Below the pieces are notes generated by a model that saw nothing but the letters and a program-made list of their open reading frames with translations, searched no databases and was not told the DNA's origin. A program made the position numbers and the translations under genes. A stretch of DNA of 63,997 nt, the filler included, from Jimgerdemannia flammicorona (taxonomy: Eukaryota), in NCBI GenBank assembly GCA_003990765.1. It is 3 parts of 3 records of this genome, joined end to end, with 100 filler letters (N's around TTAATTAATTAA, not from the genome) between each part and the next. Parts side by side here need not be neighbours in the genome. Positions count along the whole stretch, not along the records: positions 1 to 21,287 come from RBNJ01001486.1; positions 21,388 to 42,668 come from RBNJ01001487.1; 1 more part is not named here. One strand, 5' to 3'. Below are positions 12,134-25,325 of this stretch, in pieces. Every line of letters starts with the position of its first letter. Position 1 is the stretch's first letter.

Positions 12134-15100
12134 TCACGTAGACAAATCTTCAAACTCGTAATACTGCAGAATCCCATGCTTATTTTCCTTAATCTTCGTT
12201 CCGCCACACGTTGTCACCATATTACCCCCAAACCCACCCGCCGGCTCGCCTTGAATTGAAGCCTTATACGAACCAACTTGGAAAGCAAAGTTTGTGACAA
12301 CTTTGAAACTCTTGGGGGTTTGTTTGCCAAAGTAGATGGTGACATCGTCATATTTCACCAAACCAGTAGCGCCATTGACCTCGGTGACAATTTTGGGGAG
12401 GTGAGCCACAGAAGCGTTGGTGCTCAACGGATAGAAAGCCGACAAAAAAGATATCTTTTTGTTCTTGACCACGGGAATCGTGTTGTAGGTGTGCACGTGG
12501 TAAATCTGGGACCTGTGTGTGTTGGTGGTTCACCTTCGTTAAGAAACTTGCGCAAGAGAATGTCGGTTGGTTGGAAATACTGCTTGACAGGTTATGCAAT
12601 TACCAGTCTCCTGACATTCCACCGTGGAACCTCCAATACTTGTTTTCGAACTTGGTGTTTGCCGGACCGGCCATTTGCAAGAGATAGGGAACACTCTTTC
12701 CCCCATTCCCGTTCGCAGGACGACTCCACGGGTTGATATAGAAGTAGTCACCGTCTTGAGCGATGACTCCGTTGGTGAGATTCTTCAAAACTTCAGAGAT
12801 CTGCCAAAGCTGGCCAAATTGGAAGGGAGTTCCAGGAACTGAAAAATGAAAGCGTACATTAAAGTGTTGGAAAAGTTTCAACTTTGGGGTCCAAATAAAG
12901 TTAGGTAAATCACTTACTGGTATCGAGGCCGTAGACCGTATCAAATACAAACATCGCTCCGGTCTCGCGATCAAGCGCTACTTCACGTGTGTGCTTGAAG
13001 AGCCGGCTATTATAGCCGTTAAGATTCACCGGCTGGGAGGACCGGGTCATGTAGTTCTCTGTGATTTTGCCATAGGCGACACGGTCGAATTCCATGACTT
13101 CGGCATCAATAATGTTGCGCTGATCAGACCATATATCCCAGCACGACCAGCAAAACGGAAGGATTGGGGAGAATTGCCAGGTGGAGTCCTTATCTGTAAG
13201 AGAGCAAACTCCGTTAGTGTGGCATTCTCAGCAGTGAAGCGGAGGGCACTCAGAGAAGTATTCCGAGCCTTGCGGAATGAATATTATACGCTTACGTACT
13301 TACATTGAGTGTAATTCAAAAATGGACTCCAAGACGGCCTGAGTAGAAATGCGTTGTTCAATACATCGGGGGTGGAGTCGTATCCGGGAAGGCGAAGACC
13401 TACTTGATTTTTCACACCCCAAGCGATAAGATTTCTGATAATAAGCGGGCAAAAAGGTCAATTTGCATGCGTAGCTTTGAAAAATAAAAAGAATGTGAAC
13501 TCCATGGAGCAAAACAGCCTGTACTTACGTAACATCGGCGTGGCCGTGGCCGCCAGTCTGCATACAATTGAGCATCACAAAGGGCTGCTTGCCACGGGTA
13601 TTCGGAGTGGCTTTGCCTCGCAGAATGAGCTTGTCCGGAGCAACCACACCCCGTAGTTGGTGACGCATACTAACCATGGATGACGGGACCCATTCGTTGT
13701 CAAGAGGGATTGTTTCGTCCTGTGAAGGAGAGGGACAGATATGATTTGAGACCCGCTTGCAATGAAGACAAATAATCTGGATCTAGGATCGCGATGCACA
13801 CAAACTTACAAAAAAGTCAATCATGAGGGGTCCAGGATCATCTGTTAAACAGCTATTAAGACCGCCACATTGGTAAATATAAATCTGGTTGGCGACCTTC
13901 TTCAACTTGCTGGCAACGTCAGGATGAGAGGTCTTCAAAAGAGTGGCGGCGATCTACATACGTAGGTGGTCCGAACACAAAATCGAGTAAGCTCTGGCGG
14001 ACGGTTCGTGAGAGCACGGTGATTTCCAGATACAAAATTACCTCGAAGGCTCTCATATACAGATGGGATCCTTGGGCCCAACTGGCATCACCTACAAAGT
14101 GGAATATGCCATCGCGTAAATATAAATATAAAGTCGAGCGGATAGTTCTGCGCATCAAACGCTGATGACATATACAACTAACCGAAACTTGGCAAAACGC
14201 CCCCTGATTCTCCAGCGAAAGGCATAATTTGGTTGGCATAGTCGAGAATCCATTTAGCAAATGGCGCCAGGTATTTTTCGTCCGTGGTTTTGATGATGGA
14301 GTACTAAGACGATCCCAGTAAATCGAATAGGAAATAAAGGCAGTCAGATGCGCCTCATTAACCGTGGAGCCCTCGACGCGGTAGTTTGAGTCTGAATATT
14401 CGAATCCGTCTTCGGATGGTGACATACTTACAGGATTGAGGGATCCGATCGCAGCCCATGCCCAACAAACCATTGACAGATCGTCACCGCCGTAAGTAGA
14501 GCTAAAAAAAAAAAAAAAGACTCAATATGTCATCAATTAGAAGTTCAAGTAAATAAATAAATTATTTATTACCTATCAGAAGCGATGCCGACGCCATGAC
14601 CGCCCTTGAAAGGTGTAATCACATTGTGCCACAAGCTGTCAGTTCCTTTCTGCTGGGAATATACTTGTTCATGGCAATCAGGGGCCGGAAAATTCTTTTA
14701 AATGAAAGGATTCATGTTAGACTGATTGGTGACAACGGTTTGTAATTACAACACAATGGGTATTTTTAATAATAATAATTAAAAAAATAAAAAAAAACGC
14801 ACCAAAAAAGTACTCGGGAAGGTGGCCATCCACTTGTAATATCTTGTGACATCGCCTTTGGTGAAAACGCCATTGTTTGGGTATTTTTTAACGACATCGT
14901 CAATAGCGAAAATGACGCGGAAACAACCGGTTTCAACGATATCAGCGAACCCGTTCTCTTGCACTGGGTTATAGGAGACGCCCACGGTTAAGTCGATGAT
15001 ATACTTGATTGCTATAAGGAAGAGAGGATGAGGACTTAGAGTTTAAAAGAGGTTCGGAACTTGTACACGCCAAAAGGAATGAAAAATAAACGATTACCCT

Positions 15101-15844
15101 TGTATACATAGGTGGATTGGCTTCCAAGGCCGTAACCCAAATTTTGATGCTTTGTTGCAATACTCAGCGCCGCTCCAACTCCGTCCAAACTGCATTGAAA
15201 TTCCCATACAGTCTCATTGTACGTAGCGCTGTTCTTCCCACCTACGCCTTCGTTGATTATACGGGCAAAACCTTCTAACCACAAAGGCGCCAATGCAAAA
15301 TAGGCTTTGAATACGTCAGCATCGATGTTGGCCACTTTCTGGAACTCTTTTTCATCCCTTTTGGGTGAGGGCGGACGGTAAGTGTGAGATCAGCGTCAAT
15401 TTTTACACTTAGATCTGCTAAATTATGAATGGAACTTACCAGATCTTCAGCGCATATAGACCAAGATCTGCCATGCAAGGAGGGTCGCGATAGAACGACC
15501 AGGTGGTATTGACCGGAACCTAGTTACATATGTTATGCAAACAGGATGGAGCTTCGTCACTCAGCACTTTCTTTCCAAAACATCGACATTGGGGTTGAAT
15601 CCTACCGTCAAGAACTGTTTAACCTGGCCTGCGACACTCCCATTTAGGCTCGGAAGCCTATAAAAGGCTCCAAAAAGGACATTATGCCAAGTTCTGCTTT
15701 TGGTTGCGATTGCGGAAGCGCCAATGGTGCTCAGCACGACAGAGATTGCTAATATTCTGAGAGTGATTTGATGTCAGAAGCCGTTGGATCCATGTTGACC
15801 TGCAAAGGATTTCAAGTGGCTAACCTTGAAATTCTAGTATTCAT
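12134..15844 (-). CDS. Secreted heparinase II/III-like protein (polysaccharide-lyase-type fold), ~820 aa, 15 exons
   Basis: Manual splicing over 14 GT-AG introns gives one open frame. Signal peptide MNTRISRILAISVVLSTIGASAIA. Motifs GVLPSFGDA, PDKLILRG, GGHGHADV (13534-13554), LPGY..DVLNN and HTREVALD..FVFDTV, in the order seen in heparinase II/III-like C-terminal domains. Confidence 0.8.
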
Positions 15845-16049
15845 GAATTAAACAGCGCTGGGAAAGGGTATTGTGCAATCAACGCACTGAAACAACTAGA
15901 GAGGTACATCGACGGAGCGAACAGATCAATGCCTTTTTATGATTCATGGCGCGTTTAGCCTTCTCCCGGGTCCGACGACAAACAAGTTACCAGAGTTGTA
16001 TTACATATTGCTGTTGTTCGGAACGCAGGCCGAAGGATGTTTCGCGATC

Positions 16050-17165
16050 TTTCGACGCAACTAACAAAAGCGCGTGTCCTTTTTAGGGAAACCCGCCAAG
16101 TTTGGCAGGATGTTAATACTCCGTTCCCAAGAATGTCAAACAATTGACCAAGCCAATATAGAGCTTGTCACGTTGCACTGGATTACAGTTCTTTAGTATT
16201 AGGCTCTTTCGAATTGGACATATGCCACCAACACCCACGACGGACAGGATATCACCGTGTATTAGAAATGTTCGGTCTTGGTCTAAACACAAAATAAAGC
16301 ATTCCCGTCAACCCATTTAGGATAACCGAGCATGAGCAATTTTGAGTATCAAAGGATTTCTGGCCAGACCTACTTCCCTCCATAAGGGGATATTATCAAA
16401 TCTATTTCGCGGTTAGCAAATCTCCCAAGGTTTTCGACGCAACTAACAAAAGTGCGTGTCCTTTAGGGAAACCCGCCAAGTTGGCATGATTTTAATACTC
16501 CGTTCCTAAGAATAATGTCAGACAATTGACTAAGCCAATATAAGGCTTGTCACGTTGCCATAACCCACAGTTCCTTATAGTGTTAGGCACTTTCGAATTG
16601 GGCATTTGCCACGATTGTTCAATGTCCGCCAACGGACGGATATCACCGTGGATTAGAGATGTTTGGTCTGGGCTAAACACAAAATAAACCATTCCTGTGC
16701 TTAGTCAACCATTTCTGGCCAGACCTACTTGCCTCCTATATGTTTTGATGTGAAACGAAAATTCAGGAGACCATAGTATTCTTTCGACGCAACTAACAAA
16801 AGCGTGTGTCCTTTTTAGGGAAAACCGCCAAGTTGGCAGGATTTTAATACTCCGTTCCTAAGAATAATGTCAGACAATTGACCAAGCCAATAAGGGCTTG
16901 TCACGTTGCCATAACCCCGACTAGATTACAGTTCCTTATAATTAGTGTTAGGCTCTTTCGAATTGGGCATTTGCCACCATTGTTCAATGTCCGCCAACAC
17001 CCACGACGGACAGGATATCACCGTGAAATAGAAATGTTTGGTCTTGGTCTAAACACAAAATAAATCATTCCCGCCAACCCATCTGCAAGAAATTTAGGAT
17101 AACCGAGCATGAGCAATTTTGTGTATCAAAGAACCATTTCTGGCCAGACCTACTTACCTCCTATA
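16050..17165. repeat. Three tandem copies of a ~310-380 bp unit in the divergent intergenic region
   Basis: Units start TTTCGACGCAACTAACAAAAG at about 16050, 16432 and 16782. Each ends GGCCAGACCTACTT..CC(T)ATA. Confidence 0.92.
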
Positions 17166-17227
17166 TATAGTGACATTTTGTCCATAAGATTCGGGGAGTT
17201 CTCAAAGGCCAAAAACGACACGAAAAT

Positions 17228-18627
17228 ATGCGCGTTTTGGATGTGGCCATCGCTCTCGGCGTTTGCGTGCTTTCAATTACCACCAAGAGCGAAGCAGCTC
17301 AATTAGATGCTACGAATTGGATTCCCGCTGCGTTGTAAGTATCACTTTATGTTTGTCGAAGACATCCTCACTCGTTGCTAACAATACATTTTTCGGTCGT
17401 CTTAGTCCAGGCAACGAGATAGCCTGGCGTGCTATAGACGGCGATACCTCTAGTGAATGGAATACTGAAGGTCAATATTGACAGACGCATCTCACACTGG
17501 TAAACCATCGTCAACTGCTAATGCACACCATTTATTCTCTACAGGAAATCAGAAAGTTGGTAACTGGTGGGCGGTAGATATGCGCTCAGTTCAAAGTTTT
17601 GAGAAGATTATTCTCAACATTCCCAATCCCAGCAGCTGTAATTATCCGAGGGGATGGCAGCTTCGTCTCAGCAGTAATCCAAAGGTGTGGGGGAAAGATG
17701 AAAAGGCTTGGGGAGAGCCGGTTAAAACTGGTAATTCGTCCACCGGTCCCCCATCGACTGTTATCAACTTCTCCAAAAATACCAAAGCGCGTTACGTGAA
17801 TATCACGCTTACAGCGGGCGATGGGATCTGCTGGTAAACGAGATTCTTTTGCTGAAGTTGCTTGAACGGCGTCTAACCTTTGCTCGTGACTCATCAGCCA
17901 TCGTACTTTGCATCAATCAGGTGGTCTTTCGACGAATTCCAAGTCTTCAATTCTGTCCCCGTTGTAAACAAAACCGTGTGGGCTAACCAATATCTAGCCG
18001 ATGACACCTGCCGCATTACGTATTCAGGTACAATCCGAACAAGCAATTGTATTGTAATTTGCAAACGTTGTTGACCTTTACAATTCTATCGCAGGTAAAT
18101 GGGGTGCAGAATCTAATAATATAACCACAAGGTTTGCCAACACTGCGGGCGCCTCTGCTACATTTTATTTTGGCGGAGAGAGGTATACGATTGAAATGTC
18201 AAGTGCAATTTGTCTATTAGGCATAGAACAGCTGGGATACTGGTATTGAATTTTTTATTTTATTTTATTTTTTTCGTATACAGCGTTGCCTGGGTAGGGC
18301 CGAAAAAGAACAACCATGGTATTGCTCAAGTATACATTGACGGCAAGCTCGTCGGAGAAGTCAATTCGTACGCTGCAAAAGCTACCAAAAGCGTCATCCT
18401 TTTCAAGTACGTACTCTTATATATATATTCTTTTGCGCTGAGAATAATTTTCTCCTCGTCACTAATATCTTTTTTTTTTTAAAAAAAAAAAAAAAAGACG
18501 AACCGGTCTACGTCTCGGCCAGCACACTCTCAAGATCGTAGTGTCAAACAAAAAGGCGATTGGGTCCCAAGGGATCAATCAGGAATTGTTTGGGTTTTTG
18601 ACGGATCCCTTCATTATTACAACTTGA
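17228..18627 (+). CDS. Secreted F5/8 type C (discoidin/CBM32) protein with a second galactose-binding-like beta-sandwich, 302 aa, 7 exons
   Basis: Exons 17228-17334, 17406-17470, 17545-17833, 17921-18027, 18095-18182, 18284-18406, 18498-18627 splice in frame. Signal peptide MRVLDVAIALGVCVLSITTKSEA. CBM32 motifs AIDGDTSSEW, WWAVDM, YPRGW, KARYV, WWSFDEF. Second domain ITYSGKW..GASATFYF..WVGPK..GIAQVYIDG..GQHTLKIVV. Confidence 0.85.
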
Positions 18628-18950
18628 ATAACATTTTATTTATTTATTATATTTTTTAACAAATAAAAAATAGAAATTCTTGGTCACCTTCATCATTCCG
18701 TGTCGTTTTTGTAAACAAACTATGTATATCACCAGAACGCTGAATTGTCACTACAACAATCGTTATCATGCAGATTGAAACACGACAAAGCAGGCGCTTA
18801 CCATCTATCTACGAAATTGCAAGCACCACACTTGTGCACGAATGACGATAGCTCAATATTAGTATATTGAATCTTGCCGGCAACCAGGCCACCTGGCGCG
18901 GTTCTAAATTGTTAACTTTGACAACCCCGGCTTTGGCAAGCTGTAAACGG

Positions 18951-21287
18951 TGGGGGGGGGGTCTAATCCAATGGTGCCTTCAGATTGAGATTGAGGAATC
19001 TGGGTTCTTGGATGAAGCTTTTGACTATAAGTTCTGATTGATGGGCTTTTTCACTAAGTGCTTAAGAGAATTCAAGCATATTTCACAAATAATCTTGGGA
19101 GTAATTCTCCACTGAGAGAGGTGATAAGCTGAGATTGAATTATGATAGATGAGTGGGTGACATATGTAGCTCTACACTCAGTCTCAGTCAATCTCTCCAA
19201 TCTCAAGACAATCTGAGTATTCTATTGATATAGTTTTGAGAGAAATACAGTACAGTACAGTAAACCATTGATCTCATCACAATTCAAACTACATTAAAAA
19301 CCCAATCATTCCTCACTAGCATGCCCCCAATATCTATAAAATATATTCCACCCACAAACTTTGGATGATCTACTAAGCAGAGTGAGAAGAATACTAACTG
19401 GTACTTTTCAAAAAGCAGAAGATACTAGTACTATAGAAGCTTGAGAAGAGGATGCTGATTGGCTATATACTCCATCCAGGATACAATCAAGAATACTCTG
19501 TCTTAATACTTCATCACTGCTACAACTTCTGTGAATCCTTGTCTATCTGCTTCAAAATCTATCTAAAACTTGATCATATCACCAATATATATCTTCACTA
19601 TCACAATTTTGTCATTGCTATCTACTTTCTCATCATCATCCACCTGCTCATCATCATCCACCTGTCCAAGAATTTCATATGATACTATATCATAATAGGA
19701 GACCTTGTAGTCTATCTGAAGTTCTTATACTCCTTTATTACTATATCTGATTAAGCTCACTGAGTTGAATATTTGAGAGAAAGCCTTTCAGAAGAGCCAG
19801 AATATTTGAAATATACTCTTACTACTATAGTCATCTATAGAGCTTGATTATCTGAAAATTGACATTGCTACAAATGAGCTTAGATGATGTATCTATAAGT
19901 AGCCAAAGATTGCATTATATCAGTCTCAAAGTAAATTCAAGTTAGAGCAAAATTATAATTGAAAATCACTATTATCTTAGTGATCATCTGTCTGAAAAGT
20001 AGTATTATCTTTATCTAAGTGGTCCAGTACTATACAAAGATCCTTCCTATACCCAAAATAAATACTATCAAGTAGACTTATATCAAGCAGCTTGCTCAGG
20101 TCTGAGTTGCTATACAATGACTTCTTAATTGAAAACTGAAGACTCTGTATGAGACTCTTGTATATTGTGAGATTATACTAGATGACTTGTTTATTTGTAC
20201 TAATGACTATTATCTTGTAGATCTGATAGACTATTTCCTTAAATAATACAGAGAGATTTCATAATATTCTATAGAAATAAGCTTCAAAAAAGATGAAGCA
20301 ATATATAGAAAGTTGGATGAATTTTAAATTTATCTTATAAGATTTATATAAAAGTTATAAATTCAGTAAAGTTGTGAGCATCATACTCCAACTACTATAA
20401 AGTTTCCTAAGTCTCTTATATTATATATTCCTTTCAGATTTCTTTCATTTATATTCTCTAGCTAGCACCTCTCATCCTCTCTCTATTATTTATCTTTGTA
20501 CTTAATCAATAAACTAGTTAGTCTGTCAAGAAGTATTGCTCTCCTATCCTATATTTCTCTGGCCTATATATCTTATATCAACTTATCAAAAATCATACTC
20601 AGGAGAGAAATATTATGATTCAAGCTCACAAGCTTGCTCTATATACTTTGTTGAGCTATATTGTAAGTTGTTATACATATGATTAAATTCATCTCTTCAT
20701 ATCTACTCTACTATAGGTTTAATATAAAGCAGGCCAGATTAGTATAGGCTATGAGTATCTAGCAATTGATGATCTTTTTCAGAACCTATAATGACTATAT
20801 ACATCCTATTCTAGCCTTTAAAATAGACAGAGTAGTAATTAATAAACAAATCTTATCCAGCTATAAGAGAATACATATAAGGGTCTGCTGTAATCAAATA
20901 GTTATATTTGCTGAAGAAAAAGGAGTAAGATGTGAGACTAGGTCAGGAATGTGAGGCTATCTATGAGAAAGAGATAGCTGTAACAAGTAATTCTTAAACT
21001 TCTACTTACCAAAAGCATTGAGAATTACTAATATTGACTCAATCAGAATGTATGAGATATTCTAGAGTAAGATGTATACTGGGTTATATAGTACTTAAAA
21101 GTGTTAATCAAATTATAGCTCATTGAAAGAATTGATCAAAGATGTAGAGAGATCTCACTTTGATGTAAACTGTGACTTTTTAGTAATCTTCTGAAAGCCT
21201 GTTCTAAGTTGATCAAGAAGGCCTGATACAATATGATAGAAGTGAGTATTACTAATGATATTATACTAGAGATTACTGAGTTCTCTT
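18951..21287. mobile_element. Degenerate CpG-depleted repeat of unresolved class (possibly a DNA transposon relic)
   Basis: Abrupt shift after a G-run to CpG-free, TpA-rich sequence with stop-ridden coding-like text; no diagnostic motif recognised. Confidence 0.35.
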
Positions 21288-21387
21288 NNNNNNNNNNNNN
21301 NNNNNNNNNNNNNNNNNNNNNNNNNNNNNNNTTAATTAATTAANNNNNNNNNNNNNNNNNNNNNNNNNNNNNNNNNNNNNNNNNNNN
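21288..21387. other. Artificial contig spacer
   Basis: N44-TTAATTAATTAA-N44 (stops in all six frames). Confidence 0.97.
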
Positions 21388-21404
21388 AAAAAAAAAAAAA
21401 ATAT

Positions 21405-22119
21405 ATAGATTATATTCTTCAGTCTCTTCATTATAATTGAAGTAATTAATCATAAATGTAGATTGGTATTCATACTAGTGGTCATTATCTCAATAGATCT
21501 TATAGATGATTATGAACTATTGTAAGTTCATCAGCAAGATTGATGAGGTGATCAGGGTTGGCAGGGATCCTTGGCTAGAGGTCATGTCAGTATCAGAGGA
21601 ATCATTATCTTCATAATATTATAGACATCCTTTATAGCATATCCAACTTGGGAGATTTGCAGGATGTGGTTATTAGAGAGCAGAAAGAGTCTGTCTGTAG
21701 TTTGGATATATTTGATATACTTATAACTAAGTTCTTTTACTATATCATTAATTTGGCCATAGGATAGAGTGGTAATCATTTCAGTGATAGTAACTCAGAG
21801 GTAGAAAATAAAGATGCTCTACTCATAAAAGAGTTATCAGTATTTGAAGTTGATGTTTCTGGGATTGAGATATTTCAGTAATATCTATATCATAGTAGTG
21901 ACTAACCATATCTTCCAGGAGGTAGCTGATCTAATAGTAGCTTAAGAATTGTTCAATTCAGTGGTCCTCACTAAGTATATTCAGAGTATTCCATCAGACT
22001 TCTATGAAATAGAGGTGTTCTAGACTATAGATATTTATGAGAGATAGAGGAGCTATGGCTCAGTTACTAATAGTATTCTAAATATCAGCAAGGATATAGT
22101 TATAGATTTCAGTGATCAT
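21405..22119 (-). pseudogene. Third, more diverged copy of the LTR-encoded ORF of family B
   Basis: Colinear with 29200-29924 (TLSYGQINDIVKELSYKYIKYIQTTDR..QVGYAIKDVY). ATG retained at about 22119. Confidence 0.85.
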
Positions 22120-22199
22120 ATTTGGTATATGTTTGAGAGTAAGTATTTAATATATAGCTTATATTAGCAATAGTATCAAAACTAATAAACTGATAGTTA

Positions 22200-24128
22200 G
22201 AGTATTTTTTGTCAGTATAAAAGTATTTTCTAAATTCACCCCTATATCTCTTTCTATATATAGATGGATTGCTTCTTTAGTAAAGAATAGACATCTGCAA
22301 TCACTTTTATTATTATTAATATTCATGACATTCATCTATTTATATTGCTCATCCCAACTGCTTTTTTTCTTATTCTTACAATTGCAGTCATACTCATAGT
22401 ATCTATACTTATTATAGTAGAAGTATTTACTATTGAATTTGGCTCATTTACTATCATGCTGACTATTATACTGCTGACTTTGTCTCTTTTTTAGCTTGAC
22501 TTTATCTCATCCATATGCTCTATAAAAGGATTTCTCATTGTCATTATTATTATTATTACCACCCAGTCTTAATTCTTTATTTAAGAGACTTATAATAATA
22601 TTCTTATAGTCTAATAGTTTGCTAGATTCTCTTATAGTAGTAACAACTACATTATATATCTCAAGAAGACTATATATAGTTCAGGATCTTGTGTTTATCT
22701 TTGATAAGGTCTGTCAGCATAGAAAGAGTATTCACTTGATTTGCCAGATTATTGATACAGTTTACATTATTCCAGATACTCTTCTTAGACTTTATTCAGA
22801 GATTGAACAATTGCACTTTTAGGTAGAAAATGTTTGATATAAATATCTATTGATAGTAATTATAAAATATCTCTCAAACTTTATTCACTATCATAGTATA
22901 GATGATAATTTTTATTTGTATATTTGAAAGAGTAAATGTAATCTCTCTTAGAACTCTTTAATCCTTCATAGTAAGGTATCTCATTATTTATATCTATGGC
23001 TTCTATTGGTCCTCTAGACTATATTCTCACAAAAAATCTTTATATAGTACACCTATATAATATAGTTCTTTTTATTAAAGACAAGAATCATCCCCTTTAC
23101 TATTGTTAGTTTCACTATAGAAATGGTTATTAGTGTGATGTTTATGCTACTGATATCTGTTCTGGGTCTCATTCTACTTGTATTACTTAGCAAACTTATA
23201 TTTGATACATCTAATTAATGTGATATCTTCTTTACATAGTATAGCTTATAATATTTGTATAGAATACTTAGAAGATAGATAGAGAGAAGTAGTAATTGTT
23301 TATTAATATCTTATATACTTTTATATATATTAATGATGTTTATATAATAATATAGTTAGACTACAACTATATCACCAAATATTGAGTTACTATAACTAAG
23401 ATAATATAACAGAGAATATATACTATATTTTCTTAGATACTGCTTGAATATTGTATTGATATATTTACATTTATTATTTGAGTATATAGTATATATTCTA
23501 TATTCTATTTCATTCTCTATAATCACTTTAAATTCTTTGAATTTATCTAAGACTGTACTGTTTATAGACAAGAAATATATATATGTCTTATATATATTAT
23601 TATTAATAAATGTGATAAAATATCTCTTCTCTCTATAAGAAGTTATATATATCATACCATATATATCTATATAGATTATAAGATATATATTTTGTCTATA
23701 TCTTAAATGGATATTGGAATACTTTATTTGCTATACAATTCTCACAGAATTTATCATTAAGATATATTATTCGTAATTCTCATATAGATCTAATCCAAAT
23801 TATTAATAATAAGTCCAATTTCTCTATATATTCTAAGTATTGATACTATATATTAGATGTATCAGATATAGTTATCATATATATAGTAGTCTTATACTAC
23901 TTAATATACTATTTATTATATAAAGATTATCTTGTTTCAATACTATTATTATCTTCTTATTATTCTTTAAACTATATATGATTGCTTTCCTTAGGTATAT
24001 ATATATATTTTTTATTATAGATAATTATATTACTAATTGAAAAGAGATTCTTTTCTATCTTCAGAGCATATAGTATATATATACTACAAAGTACTAGCAG
24101 AATTCATAATATTTCTATAGAGATATAT
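22200..24128 (-). mobile_element. Degenerate Ty1/Copia relics (gag plus LTR, then an integrase fragment)
   Basis: Paralogous to 1530-2388 plus 9106-9516 and to 590-1300. ORF text KRYFITFINN..VLDKFKEFK..IENE..IYSNN. Confidence 0.75.
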
Positions 24129-25325
24129 TGTGATAAGCAGCAGAATTATACTGCTGAAATAATAAATTTACCATATGCTATATCTAGTGTACTAAGCAAC
24201 TAAGACAGCTTTACTGAGCCAGTCTGTATAATTAGCCAAAAATACCAGAAACAGTATATTTACCTATACTGAGTAGATACACTATACTATCTAGAAATAC
24301 TTACCATAGATAGCAATCTATAGTTAGTAATATAGTAACCTGATAGCAACCATAATTATATAAAATATCCCAGAGATAAGAGTGAATAAACCTTAGTCCA
24401 AAATTTGAACCCAAAGTAAAAGACAAGTCTGCCTACTATACTTCAAGAGGAACTCTACAGCCACTGATAGGAGATTGTGAGCTTTACCATTTCTATTTCC
24501 ACTCTAGTCCACTTTTTGATATAAAGAAGAGTCTGTTATGTTTTTGGTTTGCTTGCTAGATAAGTCTGAAGAAATCTGTCAAGTTTAAGAAAGAACTTCA
24601 CTACTATTTTCAAGAAGAATCCACTATCTTCTTGCAAAGCCAGTCTATTGACACAACTTTACAGTGAACTTGTTCACACAAATAAAGCCAGACTTAATGT
24701 AACTTTATTCAAGAAATCCATATTCTCAAAGAGCTGATTCAGAAAGAATTCACATCATCTGAGTTATTTGAGTTATATGTACTACCCAAGCTATTCATCT
24801 GTTCCCAGTAAGCCTGCTGATTCAGAAAGAATCTATGACATCCAAGTTATTATTCAAGAAGCCTGATAATTTAGGAGAATCTATGCCAAAATCAAGTTAT
24901 CTGTCAAATTAAGTTATCTACCAAAACTGTATAGGAATCTATCATACTACACAAGATCACCATATAGAAATTATATAAGAAAAACTGCTAAATTATCAGA
25001 CCATCATATATAAGAAGATTATTATACTATATAGAGATCATCATACTATATAGATATTATCATACAAATTACCTGTACTATACAAATTACTGCTATACCC
25101 AGAGACCCATCCTAATAAGGAAATTTATATAAATTTAAATTGACTGCCATGTGAACAGAGGAACTAGTATTGTATTCAGACTTAACTATTATATCACTAA
25201 ACATGAAGGATCTCAGGAATCTTAGAACATTTTATTGCTTTTTAACAAAGTAACTGGGGGGCTCAAGCCAAACTCCACCAATCTCCAATTTTGTAATTTA
25301 TCTCCATTGAGCCAGATATATTACA
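24129..25325 (+). repeat. 5' LTR of element C (~1.2 kb)
   Basis: TG...CA ends, TATAAAATA box near 24360, homologous to 52837-54195 and 58484-59352 (reverse complement). Confidence 0.8.

Noticed and set aside
14340..14430. Apparent EGST-like lyase motif in ORF 13919-14473
   Set aside because: It falls inside a predicted intron (GTAAGT donor, CTGAC branch, TAG acceptor); the spliced frame bypasses it.
16050..17165. Repeat array considered as CRISPR-like or ncRNA array
   Set aside because: Units are over 300 bp and diverged, with no short repeat-spacer periodicity; eukaryotic context.
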